NCBI GenBank assembly: GCA_944345045.1
Contig: CALVMI010000022.1
Coordinates: 1-40,275, forward strand
DNA from: an uncultured Bacilli bacterium
GTDB taxonomy: Bacteria; Bacillota_I; Bacilli_A; RF39; UBA660
DNA: 40,275 nucleotides
Direction of reading: 5' to 3'
The first letter of the stretch is position 1. Each line of letters begins with the position of its first letter. Shown here in pieces: positions 8,255 to 16,758 of this stretch. The notes under the pieces were generated by a model that was not told the origin of the DNA, searched no databases, and worked only from the letters and a program-made list of their open reading frames with translations. Position numbers and translations under genes: made by a program.

Positions 8255-9397
8255 ATGGCAACATTTTCCTACGCGATCAAAACAGCAATTATTTTATTTC
8301 CGCTTGTTGCATTAGTTTTTACGATTCCTTATATAATTTATCAATATCATAAATATGGTTCTATAAATTCATACCGTTCATTAGTTGTTTATTCTTTTTT
8401 ACTTTACTTAATGGTTGCTTATTTTTTAGTAATATTGCCACTGCCAAGTATTGAAAAAGTTTCACAAATGACAACACCAAGTTATAATTTGATTCCTTTT
8501 CAATTTGTTTCTGAAATTTTATCCTTATCATCTTTTTCGGTAAGCGACTTTGCAACATATTTCCCAACTCTCAAAAATCCAGTAGTATATGAATCTGTAT
8601 TTAATATTTTCTTAACTGTGCCATTTGGAGTTTACTTACATTATTATTTTGAATTTGATTTTAAAAAAACGGTATTTTACACATTTTGTTTAACTTTATT
8701 TTTTGAATTAACTCAATTAAGCGGCTTATACTTTATTTATCCTCGTGGCTATCGCGTTTTTGATGTAGATGATTTACTTCTTAATACTTTTGGTGGAATT
8801 ATCGGTTATTTACTTGCTTTTATCCCTTTAAAATTTTTGCCAAATCGTCAAGAATTAGATGAAGAATCGTTGGAAAAAGGAAAAGAAGTAGGAATTGGAA
8901 AGCGTTTGGTTACATTTGGTATTGATTTAATTTGTTATGGAATTTTTCTTTTTGGCTGTATATATTTTTGTCATAAACACATAACTTTTTGGAAAGAAGC
9001 GAGTATAATTATTTTTATATTGTGGAGTCTTTTCTATTTTGTAGCGCTTCCTGTTATTTTAAAAGGAAAAACTTTAGGAATGAAATTTTTCCATCTAGAA
9101 TTTAGCTCCGTCAAAAAAGTGACCTGGTACCGTATTTTTTCCTATTATTTTTGGGGTGTCATCTTTTATATACTTCTTCCAGTTGGCGTTTGCTTTTTAG
9201 GATACTTTTTATATCGTCAAAATATTATTTCTGAAACATTTTGGGAATATTATTTTATTATCGTTATTGCTTTGACGTTATTAGAATATTTACTTGCTTT
9301 TTTTAAAAGAATATTTAAAATGCCTTTACTGATTGAGAAGATTTCTCATTTAAAGATAATAAGTGTCATGTCTAAAGAAGAAAAGCTAGCAGAATAA
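8255..9397 (+). CDS. VanZ-like / RDD-domain fusion membrane protein
   Basis: The N-terminal half is a polytopic VanZ-like region. The C-terminal half begins GKRLVTFGIDLICYG (RDD-type motif) and has 3 more TM helices. ATG 8255 is preceded by GTAGGTGG. Confidence 0.75.
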   Translation: MATFSYAIKTAIILFPLVALVFTIPYIIYQYHKYGSINSYRSLVVYSFLLYLMVAYFLVILPLPSIEKVSQMTTPSYNLIPFQFVSEILSLSSFSVSDFATYFPTLKNPVVYESVFNIFLTVPFGVYLHYYFEFDFKKTVFYTFCLTLFFELTQLSGLYFIYPRGYRVFDVDDLLLNTFGGIIGYLLAFIPLKFLPNRQELDEESLEKGKEVGIGKRLVTFGIDLICYGIFLFGCIYFCHKHITFWKEASIIIFILWSLFYFVALPVILKGKTLGMKFFHLEFSSVKKVTWYRIFSYYFWGVIFYILLPVGVCFLGYFLYRQNIISETFWEYYFIIVIALTLLEYLLAFFKRIFKMPLLIEKISHLKIISVMSKEEKLAE

Positions 9398-10870
9398 AGA
9401 TTCAACATGCTTTTCTTTTTTTATTTCTTTAATGAAACGAGATGGAGTATATTTTGGTACACACAAATAAATATCATTTTTAGTGCGAGTTAATGCTACA
9501 TAAAAAAGTCTTCTTTCTTCTTCAAATAAAAAAGGTTGCTTCTTTTTGATAAGAGAAAATATTTTTTCATCTTCTTGTAAACTCGGAAATCCATATAAAG
9601 TGTTTTCTAGATTTAAGAGAATGACAACATCACTTTCTAGACCCTTTGCCGCATGAACAGTTAAAAAACGAATTTTATAATTAGGAAATTTATCAAAAAG
9701 AATTTGATTATGATCGAGCATTTTGTAAGATAAATTTTTAGTATATTTTTTTAAATCAAAGTGGTTGCGACCTAAAATGAAAATTTCTTGTGAATCAGGA
9801 ATGTTTTTTAAAATATGTTCTAAAACGGTATTTACATTCTTATAGTAAACAATTTTGATGGGTTTAACAAAATGCTTGTTACTTTTAAGATTTTTTTTGA
9901 TCTGATCAGGATTTTTTTGAATAAAAGTCCCAGCTGTCTTAACAAGTTCATCACTATTTCGATAAGTAGTTTCTAGTTTATATATTTTTGTTTCAGGATA
10001 GTATTTTGTAAATTGCAAAAACAAAGTTAAATCACAGCCAGAAAAATGATATATGGATTGATAATCATCCCCAACTACACATAAAGAAGCATTTGTTTGT
10101 TTTAAAATTTCTTGAATAAAATGAAAACGACAAAGTGAAGTATCTTGAAATTCATCAATAATTAAATATGTAAAGGGAAGATTAAGAAAGTTTTCTTGTA
10201 AGTGCTTTGTTGCCGATAGTATAATATCATCGAAATCTAAAATATTTTGACTTTCTTTTTCATTTTCATACAAAAGATAAATAGCATATATCAAGTAGAG
10301 AATAGGCTCTTTTTTAGCTGTGAACAAAATATTTTTTAAATCATTTTGAAAATACCCATTAGCTTTAAACAAATTAATAAAGGTTTGAATTTGCTTTTGA
10401 ATCATAGGTTGTTTTGCTGAATTCTCAATATATTTCGATGGTAAAAAAGATGGCAAAGAAAAAACTTTGTAACATTGCTTTTTTAAAAAAGAATTATGAA
10501 AACACTGATTATGAAAAAATTCTTGAATAGTATATTCTAGCAAATTTGGCGAGGCAATTTTATAAGGGATTTTCGCTTTTTTTAAAATATCTAAAGCTAA
10601 TTTATGGAAAGTAAAAGTAGGGACTTCGACATGACAATTTTTTAAAATGTTTTTTCGTAAATTGTTTGTTGCTTCATTTGTAAAAGAAATAGTACAAATT
10701 TCATGAGGTAAAGCTAAATGATTTTCTAATAAATATTTAATTTTACCGATTAAAGTAAGCGTTTTTCCTGAACCTGCTCCCGCGATAATTAGTGAATATT
10801 TAGGATTTTCTAAGATCGGTTTTAATTGTTCTTCATCTAATTCATAAGAATTTATAATAATTTTGGTCAT
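9386..10870 (-). CDS. UvrD/Rep-family (SF1) DNA helicase, short form (494 aa)
   Basis: Helicase motifs present: AGAGSGKT (I), IIDEFQDTS (II), VGDDYQSIYHFSG (III), TYRNS (IV), TVHAAKGLE (V), ERRLFYVALTRTK (VI). The 3' end overlaps the convergent VanZ/RDD gene by 12 nt. Confidence 0.85.
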   Translation of the reverse strand: MTKIIINSYELDEEQLKPILENPKYSLIIAGAGSGKTLTLIGKIKYLLENHLALPHEICTISFTNEATNNLRKNILKNCHVEVPTFTFHKLALDILKKAKIPYKIASPNLLEYTIQEFFHNQCFHNSFLKKQCYKVFSLPSFLPSKYIENSAKQPMIQKQIQTFINLFKANGYFQNDLKNILFTAKKEPILYLIYAIYLLYENEKESQNILDFDDIILSATKHLQENFLNLPFTYLIIDEFQDTSLCRFHFIQEILKQTNASLCVVGDDYQSIYHFSGCDLTLFLQFTKYYPETKIYKLETTYRNSDELVKTAGTFIQKNPDQIKKNLKSNKHFVKPIKIVYYKNVNTVLEHILKNIPDSQEIFILGRNHFDLKKYTKNLSYKMLDHNQILFDKFPNYKIRFLTVHAAKGLESDVVILLNLENTLYGFPSLQEDEKIFSLIKKKQPFLFEEERRLFYVALTRTKNDIYLCVPKYTPSRFIKEIKKEKHVESLFC

Positions 10871-10876
10871 GAATTT

Positions 10877-10906
10877 ATTATAAAAAAATAAAGAGTTTGT
10901 TGTCAA
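10877..10906 (-). promoter_or_regulatory. Candidate sigma-A promoter (TTGACA-18-TATAAT) abutting the helicase ATG
   Basis: The minus strand reads TTGACA-ACAAACTCTTTATTTTTT-TATAAT-AAATTC-ATG. Only 6 nt separate the -10 box from the start codon, and there is no Shine-Dalgarno sequence. Confidence 0.5.
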
Positions 10907-10973
10907 ATTACTGCTTTTCTAATAGGTATTAGACTGTTTTTCTGCTATAATAAAAGAAGAGATGGTGATATTT

Positions 10974-12152
10974 ATGCAAAGAAAAACATATGCAGTAATT
11001 GATGGAAATATACTAACGAATAATATTCAGGAAATTAAAAAGAAATATCCAGATTATACCTATTACTTTGGCGTTGTTAAAAATAATGCATATCATCACG
11101 GAATGAAATGTGTTGTGGATTTAATCAAAGGCGGTATAAATTATTTGGCAGTTTCTTCCTTAGAAGAGGCTCTAGCAGCTCGTAAATACGCTGGTGAAAC
11201 GCCAATTCTTTGTTTGGAACCAATTAGCTTAGAGTTAGTTATGGATGCCATTAATGCCAACATTACTTTAACCGTTGAATCGTTAGAATATACTAAGGAA
11301 TTATTAAAACTTGATTTATATGATACGTTAAAAATACATTTAGCTGTAGATTCTGGTATGCGTCGTTTAGGCTTTTATGATGCTAAGAAATTGGAAGAAG
11401 CTTATCAACTTTTAAAAGAAAGTTCAAAAATTGAAATTGAAGGTATTTATAGTCATTTTGCAACTTCTGGCGTAATGGATCCTTACTTCGATCAACAAGT
11501 AAATTGTTTTTTAAAATTAACAGAAAACATTCCTCTAGAAGATATTCCAATTGTTCATTTAGGTAGAAGTCTAACTCTTGTAAATCATGAAAAACTTTCT
11601 TTTTGCAATGGTATTCGTTTAGGAATTGTTATGTACGGTTTTTCTCAAAGTAGAAAAGATGGCAAATCTTTACAAGGAAAAATGCGGGTATTAAAAAGAA
11701 AATGGTTACAAAGAAAATACAAATGTAGTAAAACGATTTTAGAAAATGATTTGCAGGTCTCACCAGCAATGTCTTTATATACTGAAGTAATAAGCGTTCG
11801 CCCAGTGCATAAAGGCGATGTCGTAGGTTATACTACATATAAAGTGGATTCTGATGGCTATATACTCACTTTACCAATTGGTTATGCCGATGGTGTAGAT
11901 CGAAGATTTAAATATGTATATGTAAATGAAGGATATGCCAAAATTGTTTCAGATTGCATGGATATGCTTTTAGTTTTTACAGAAAATAAAGTTCAGATTG
12001 GTGAAAAAGTAGAAATATTTGGTAAACATATTCCAATTTCTAATGTGACCCGTCTTATTGGCACAAATGCATACCACTTATTTAATCAAATCAGTAATAG
12101 AGTATTACGTATCCATATTAAAGACGAAGAAAAAGAAGAAATTTATTATTAA
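10974..12152 (+). CDS. alr: Alanine racemase-family PLP enzyme
   Basis: PLP-lysine context VVKNNAYHHG, catalytic-region motif LPIGYADG, and C-terminal NRVLR. RBS is GAGATGGTGA. A basic insertion of about 25-30 aa (RKDGKSLQGKMRVLKRKWLQRKYKCSK) follows the YGF segment. Confidence 0.85.
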   Translation: MQRKTYAVIDGNILTNNIQEIKKKYPDYTYYFGVVKNNAYHHGMKCVVDLIKGGINYLAVSSLEEALAARKYAGETPILCLEPISLELVMDAINANITLTVESLEYTKELLKLDLYDTLKIHLAVDSGMRRLGFYDAKKLEEAYQLLKESSKIEIEGIYSHFATSGVMDPYFDQQVNCFLKLTENIPLEDIPIVHLGRSLTLVNHEKLSFCNGIRLGIVMYGFSQSRKDGKSLQGKMRVLKRKWLQRKYKCSKTILENDLQVSPAMSLYTEVISVRPVHKGDVVGYTTYKVDSDGYILTLPIGYADGVDRRFKYVYVNEGYAKIVSDCMDMLLVFTENKVQIGEKVEIFGKHIPISNVTRLIGTNAYHLFNQISNRVLRIHIKDEEKEEIYY

Positions 12153-12164
12153 GGTGGAATAAAC

Positions 12165-13373
12165 ATGGATTTTAATGTATTGATATTAGGCAGTGATGCA
12201 AATGCATATTATATGGCCCGGGCATGTTTTGAAGCATATCATAAAAAAGCTCATTTAATTGCTAAAGAAAAACTAGCCTTTACGAAATTTTCAAATATTT
12301 TGACAATTGAATATCATGAAGACTTATGGAATGAACAGTATTTTGTTCGTATTGTAAATGAATATGCCCAAAAAAATAACGTTCCGATTTTGGTAGTAAG
12401 TACAAACGAAACATATTCTTTATTTTTAGCCAAAAATCAAAATAAATTTGCTGAAAATTTAATCTTTTTTAAACAAGATGCTAATCTTATTGAAACGTTA
12501 ATGAATAAAGAAAAGTTTTATAAAAATTATAAAAAGTCAGGTCTGCCTTTTCCAGAAACCTACTATTTTGATGTCACAAAAGACCAGCTAATTCCCACGA
12601 TGAAGTATCCAATTATATTAAAACCAGCAAATGTAATTATGTATAATCATTTGAGTTTTGAAGGAAAGAAAAAAATATATAAAATCTCTTCTGAAGATGA
12701 GTTAAAAGAAACGTTAGAACTATTAAAAAAGTCTGGTTATAAAGATCGAATGATTTTACAAGAATTTATTCCTGGAAATGATTCATATCTATTTGACAGT
12801 GTTGTTTATGTAGACAGTAAAGGAAAAGTTAAAGTTATTAGCTTTGCTCAAATTGGTATACAAGAACGTAAAAAAAGCATGGTTGGAAATGCCGCAGCTT
12901 TAATTAATGGTTACAATTCATTTGATGGTGATGTAACTAAAGCTAAAAAAAATATTATTTCTTTTATGGAAAAATTGGGTATGAATGGCTTTTTTGAAAT
13001 AGATATGAAGTATGATTCTCGCGATAAAGAATTTAAAGTATTAGAAATTAATGCCCGTCAAGGAAGGTGCAGCTATTATCTAGTGCCATTAAAGGCAAAT
13101 CTGATTCAAATTATGGCGGAAGATCTGATATTTCATAAAGAGATACCTTTTATGGATTTGAAAGAAGAAGTTCTTTTATCTTTTATTCCAAAAAAGGTTT
13201 TGAAAAAATATGTATCAAATGAAGCTTTTAAAAAGAAGGCATTATCTATGTGGCATAAAAGGGTAAGTCCGATGGAATGCCCATTAGATAAAAATTTCAA
13301 ACGTTTTTTACTAATGAAAAAGCGTTTATGGCATTATAATAAAGAATATGAAAATAGTGATTGGGAGGAATAA
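12165..13373 (+). CDS. ATP-grasp carboxylate-amine ligase, D-aspartate-ligase (Asl)-like
   Basis: N-terminal ILGSDANAYYMARA pre-ATP-grasp segment, then ILKPA, LQEFIPG and EINARQGR. It starts 13 nt after the alr stop, with RBS AAGGTGGA. Confidence 0.8.
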   Translation: MDFNVLILGSDANAYYMARACFEAYHKKAHLIAKEKLAFTKFSNILTIEYHEDLWNEQYFVRIVNEYAQKNNVPILVVSTNETYSLFLAKNQNKFAENLIFFKQDANLIETLMNKEKFYKNYKKSGLPFPETYYFDVTKDQLIPTMKYPIILKPANVIMYNHLSFEGKKKIYKISSEDELKETLELLKKSGYKDRMILQEFIPGNDSYLFDSVVYVDSKGKVKVISFAQIGIQERKKSMVGNAAALINGYNSFDGDVTKAKKNIISFMEKLGMNGFFEIDMKYDSRDKEFKVLEINARQGRCSYYLVPLKANLIQIMAEDLIFHKEIPFMDLKEEVLLSFIPKKVLKKYVSNEAFKKKALSMWHKRVSPMECPLDKNFKRFLLMKKRLWHYNKEYENSDWEE

Positions 13374-13375
13374 TC

Positions 13376-15205
13376 ATGTGTGGAATAGTAGGATTTGTTG
13401 ATAATAAAAAGAAGAAAGAAAAAGAAAAAATTATCAAATCTATGGCTGATGAAATAGCTTATCGAGGACCTGATGGTGAAGGATTTTACGTCGATGATGT
13501 CGTAGCTTTAGGACACAGAAGACTTTCTATTATTGATGTAAGTGGTGGAAGCCAACATATATACAATCAAGATAAAACTTTAGCTATTGTTTATAATGGA
13601 GAAATCTATAATTATAAAGAACTAAAAGAAGAACTAGAAGAAAAAGGATATGTATTCCAAACTAAAACAGATACCGAAGTTATTTTGCATGGATATGCTG
13701 AATGGAAAGATGAACTATATGAAAAACTAAGAGGAATGTTTGCTTTCGTTATTTATGATAAAAAAAATAAAGAACTAATTGGCGCTCGTGATCACTTTGG
13801 AATAAAACCGTTTTATTACTATTTAAATGATGATGAGTTTATGTTTGGTTCAGAAATAAAATCTTTTTTAGTTCATCCAGAATTTAAAAAAGAACTAAAT
13901 ACAGATGCTTTGAAAATGTATTTGATATTTCAATATTCTGTTAAAGAGGAAACTTTTTTTAAAAATGTTTTCAAATTAAAACCAGGATACTTTTTTCATT
14001 ATAAAGATGGTAAAATGATGAAAAATTCTTATTTTGAAATAAGCTATGATCGAACAGATAAAGGATATTCTACCATGTTTAAAGAGTTGGAAAAAGTATT
14101 GGAAGATTCTGTATACTATCATCAAGTTACCAGTGATGTAGAAGTTGGTGCTTATTTATCCGGAGGCGTGGATTCTTCGTATGTTGTAAGTGTAGGAAAA
14201 CCAGAAAAAACATTTTCTGTCGGTTTTTCCTATGAAGGATTTGATGAAACAGATTATGCACAAGATTTATCAAAAATGTTAAATATTAAAAATACTCGTA
14301 AAAAAATTAGTGCTGAAGATTTTTTTGAAGCGTTACCCAAAGTACAATGGCATACTGATGAGCCTCATGCCAATTTATCAACGGTTCCTCTATATTTTCT
14401 TTCAGAAATAACTCGCAAAGAAGTGAAAGTCGCTCTAGCGGGTGAAGGAAGTGATGAAATGTTTGGGGGTTACAATGAATATAATGATCCGTTCTTACTT
14501 CGTTTGTATTTACATTTTCCATTCGTGCTACGTAAAGGAATTAGAAATATTTGCAAGCATTTACCTCATTTTCCAGGACGAAACACTTTAATAAAATATG
14601 GGTTACCATTTAACGAACGATATATTGGTCATGGATCATATATGGAAAGCGAAGAAGCTAATGAAATTTTGGCTGATTCTTTAAAAAACAACGAGAAAAT
14701 TTCGGATATTTTAGATCCTGTATATCAAAAGGTAAAAAAAGAAGACGAGTTGACTAAAAAAATGATGATTGATTTTCATTTTTGGTTACCTCAAGATATT
14801 TTACTAAAAGCCGATAAAATGAGTATGGCTCATTCGATTGAATTACGTACTCCGCTAATGGATATAGAGGTATTTAACTATGCTCGTAAAATTCCAACAA
14901 AATATTTGTTGAAAAATAAGGAAACTAAATATTTGTTTAGAGATATTGCTTCTAGAAAAATTCCAGAAGAGTGGAGCAAGAGACGTAAATGTGGATTTCC
15001 TGTACCTTTTTCTAAATGGATTCGCGAAGAAAAATTTTACAATTTAGTAAAAGAAGAGTTTAACAAAGGGTATGTTTCTAAATATTTTGATCAGTCTTAT
15101 ATTTGTAAACTATTAGAAGATCATTATAATGGTAAGAAAAATAATGGTCGTAAAATCTATAATATTTATTGCTTTTTAGTATGGTACGATCAATATTTTG
15201 CATAA
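13376..15205 (+). CDS. asnB: Asparagine synthase (glutamine-hydrolysing) family amidotransferase
   Basis: MCGIVGF N-terminal nucleophile Cys, and PP-loop YLSGGVDSS. It starts 3 nt after the ATP-grasp stop, with RBS GGGAGG. Confidence 0.9.
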   Translation: MCGIVGFVDNKKKKEKEKIIKSMADEIAYRGPDGEGFYVDDVVALGHRRLSIIDVSGGSQHIYNQDKTLAIVYNGEIYNYKELKEELEEKGYVFQTKTDTEVILHGYAEWKDELYEKLRGMFAFVIYDKKNKELIGARDHFGIKPFYYYLNDDEFMFGSEIKSFLVHPEFKKELNTDALKMYLIFQYSVKEETFFKNVFKLKPGYFFHYKDGKMMKNSYFEISYDRTDKGYSTMFKELEKVLEDSVYYHQVTSDVEVGAYLSGGVDSSYVVSVGKPEKTFSVGFSYEGFDETDYAQDLSKMLNIKNTRKKISAEDFFEALPKVQWHTDEPHANLSTVPLYFLSEITRKEVKVALAGEGSDEMFGGYNEYNDPFLLRLYLHFPFVLRKGIRNICKHLPHFPGRNTLIKYGLPFNERYIGHGSYMESEEANEILADSLKNNEKISDILDPVYQKVKKEDELTKKMMIDFHFWLPQDILLKADKMSMAHSIELRTPLMDIEVFNYARKIPTKYLLKNKETKYLFRDIASRKIPEEWSKRRKCGFPVPFSKWIREEKFYNLVKEEFNKGYVSKYFDQSYICKLLEDHYNGKKNNGRKIYNIYCFLVWYDQYFA

Positions 15206-15215
15206 AATATAGTAA

Positions 15216-15241
15216 GAAAAAGGATTTTTCCATCCTTTTTC
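15216..15241 (+). terminator. Rho-independent terminator of the alr operon
   Basis: AAAAAGGAT-ttttcc-ATCCTTTTT. Confidence 0.6.
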
Positions 15242-15285
15242 CTTGCTAAATTGTAGGATTTTTGTGAAAAAATAAGGAAATTCTG

Positions 15286-15314
15286 TTGACATTGGGACTT
15301 CTTTTTGATAATAT
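15286..15314 (+). promoter_or_regulatory. Sigma-A promoter of the tRNA operon (TTGACA-17-TGaTAATAT)
   Basis: TTGACA at 15286-15291, a 17-nt spacer ending in the extended -10 TG, and TAATAT at 15309-15314. Confidence 0.65.
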
Positions 15315-15336
15315 TTAAAGTGTCTTAAAGAGAAAC

Positions 15337-15413
15337 GGGCGTTTAGCTCAGTTGGTTAGAGCATCTGCCTTACAAGCAGAGGGTCTGCGGTTCGAGTCCG
15401 TAAACGCCCACCA
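15337..15413 (+). tRNA. tRNA-Val (anticodon UAC)
   Basis: GGGCGTT...AACGCCC acceptor stem, anticodon loop CTTACAA, TTCGAGT T-loop, CCA encoded. Confidence 0.9.
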
Positions 15414-15425
15414 TTTATTTTTTTT

Positions 15426-15501
15426 GCCGAAATAGCGTAATTGGTAGCGCAATTGACTTGTAATCAATGGGTTGGGGGTTCGAGTCCCTCTTTCGGCACC
15501 A
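15426..15501 (+). tRNA. tRNA-Thr (anticodon UGU)
   Basis: GCCGAAA/TTTCGGC acceptor stem, anticodon stem ATTGA/TCAAT with loop CTTGTAA, CCA encoded. Confidence 0.9.
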
Positions 15502-15510
15502 TTTTAAAGT

Positions 15511-15594
15511 GGAGGGATAGCGAAGTGGTCAAACGCGGCAGACTGTAAATCTGTTCCTTTGGGTTCCATGGTTCAAATCCATGTCCCTCCACCA
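15511..15594 (+). tRNA. tRNA-Tyr (anticodon GUA), long variable arm
   Basis: GGAGGGA/TCCCTCC acceptor stem, loop CTGTAAA, extended variable arm, CCA encoded. Confidence 0.9.
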
Positions 15595-15631
15595 TTTAAA
15601 ATTTCTCCGAAAGAGGACGAAATAAAATCAT

Positions 15632-15707
15632 TGCCTCGTAGCCAAGTGGTAAGGCATCAGACTTTGACTCTGACATTCCGGTGGTTCGAACCCACCCGAG
15701 GCAGCCA
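15632..15707 (+). tRNA. tRNA-Gln (anticodon UUG)
   Basis: TGCCTCG/CGAGGCA acceptor stem, anticodon stem TCAGA/TCTGA with loop CTTTGAC, CCA encoded. Confidence 0.9.
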
Positions 15708-15716
15708 TTATTATAA

Positions 15717-15792
15717 GGTTCGCTAGCTCAGTAGGTAGAGCATTTGACTTTTAATCAAAGGGTCTCGGGTTCGAATCCCGAGCGAGCCACCA
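15717..15792 (+). tRNA. tRNA-Lys (anticodon UUU)
   Basis: GGTTCGC/GCGAGCC acceptor stem, anticodon stem TTTGA/TCAAA with loop CTTTTAA, CCA encoded. Confidence 0.9.
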
Positions 15793-15810
15793 TTTGTTTT
15801 GTACGTCAAA

Positions 15811-15840
15811 GTCTTTATTGGTTTCAATAAAGGCTTTTTA
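15811..15840 (+). terminator. Rho-independent terminator of the 5-tRNA operon
   Basis: GTCTTTATTG-gttt-CAATAAAGGC followed by TTTTT. Confidence 0.65.
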
Positions 15841-16010
15841 CTTGGCTACGAGTTTTTAAAATAAATCATTTTATCGACAATTTTTTCAATTGATAATTGG
15901 TATAATTTACCAAGAAAGGAAAAGATTTCTTCAAAAAGTATAAAATTTTATCGAACTTAACTTTGCGTGGTTAATAGTTTTTCTAAGGATATTGATATAC
16001 TTTTTGTAGG

Positions 16011-16259
16011 GTGATAAATGTGAAACTATCTGAAGCTATTTCTCAAAAAATTCAAAATATTTGTACCGAGAATCATATTACACCAAATAAGTTAGCTAGC
16101 ATTTGTTGCCTGACTCAAAGCACTGTTCAGAATTTAATTGCTGAAAAATCTCATAATCCAAAATTATTAACTATTATTCGAATTTGCGAAGGTTTGAATA
16201 TGCCATTAAAAAATTTTTTTGATGATGATCTTTTTTCCAAAATTGAAAGGGAAGACTAA
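16011..16259 (+). CDS. XRE-family helix-turn-helix transcriptional regulator (about 80 aa)
   Basis: HTH_3-like core ITPNKLASICCLTQSTVQNLIAEKSHNPKLLTIIRICEGL. The start is GTG 16011 or, more likely, GTG 16020, which lies 6 nt after AGGGTGA. Confidence 0.8.
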   Translation: MINVKLSEAISQKIQNICTENHITPNKLASICCLTQSTVQNLIAEKSHNPKLLTIIRICEGLNMPLKNFFDDDLFSKIERED

Positions 16260-16490
16260 ATGAGAATTATTGAAGAAAATAAGAAGAAGACAGTTGTTTT
16301 AGATGATGGAGATTTGCTATACGTAAAAACATTAAAAGGAAATCCATTGACTTTAAAAATTGAATGTAATGATGGTTGTATTTATGTAGATGAAGTTCTT
16401 TCTAAGAGGATTAAAGAAATTCGTATGGAACAACAGCAATTAGAGGCTTTAAATCGATATAATCATGCAAAAGAGCAAGAAAAAGAGTAA
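16260..16490 (+). CDS. Hypothetical 76-aa protein, coupled to the upstream HTH gene
   Basis: The ATG directly abuts the upstream TAA (TAAATG at 16257-16262). The N-terminal half looks beta-rich and the tail is helical and Gln/Glu-rich. No motif recognised. Confidence 0.6.
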   Translation: MRIIEENKKKTVVLDDGDLLYVKTLKGNPLTLKIECNDGCIYVDEVLSKRIKEIRMEQQQLEALNRYNHAKEQEKE

Positions 16491-16507
16491 GTTTTTCTTG
16501 CTTTTTT
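16474..16507 (+). terminator. Rho-independent terminator
   Basis: AGCAAGAAAAA-gagtaag-TTTTTCTTGCT followed by a T run. The loop contains the stop codon of the 76-aa ORF. Confidence 0.65.
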
Positions 16508-16526
16508 CTTGTGTTTATTATATAAT
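16498..16526 (+). promoter_or_regulatory. Candidate sigma-A promoter for tRNA-Arg/tRNA-Pro (TTGCTT-17-TATAAT)
   Basis: TTGCTT at 16498-16503 lies inside the terminator 3' arm. A 17-nt spacer precedes TATAAT at 16521-16526. Confidence 0.5.
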
Positions 16527-16546
16527 CATATTGCATTTTGATAAAT

Positions 16547-16623
16547 GCGTCCATAGCTCAATTGGATAGAGCGTTAGACTACGGATCTAAAGGTTAGGGG
16601 TTCGACTCCCTTTGGACGCACCA
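16547..16623 (+). tRNA. tRNA-Arg (anticodon ACG)
   Basis: GCGTCCA/TGGACGC acceptor stem, anticodon stem TTAGA/TCTAA with loop CTACGGA, CCA encoded. Confidence 0.9.
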
Positions 16624-16670
16624 TTAATTTATTCACAAAAAAACATTTTTGTGATAAACTATTAATAAGT

Positions 16671-16747
16671 CGAGAAGTAGCACAATTTGGTAGTGCACTA
16701 CATTTGGGATGTAGGGGTTGCAGGTTCAAATCCTGTCTTCTCGACCA
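16671..16747 (+). tRNA. tRNA-Pro (anticodon UGG)
   Basis: CGAGAAG/CTTCTCG acceptor stem, anticodon stem CTACA/TGTAG with loop TTTGGGA, CCA encoded. Confidence 0.9.
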
Positions 16748-16758
16748 TTTTTTTGCTT

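Noticed and set aside
12165-15205. ATP-grasp plus Asn-synthetase homologue as a RiPP cluster (graspetide or lasso-peptide cyclase).
   Set aside because: There is no small precursor ORF, leader peptidase/RRE or ABC exporter nearby. The AsnB has an intact MCGIVGF glutaminase nucleophile and a PP-loop like bona fide amidotransferases. The ATP-grasp N-terminus looks Asl-like rather than graspetide-ligase-like.
15840-15852. 13-nt inverted copy (ACTTGGCTACGAG) of the 5' part of tRNA-Gln (15635-15647), just after the tRNA operon terminator.
   Set aside because: The match is only 13 nt and ends abruptly on both sides. Matches of this length between some pair of sites are expected by chance in a 40-kb window. 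It involves the 5' part of the tRNA rather than the 3' end usually used as an att site.
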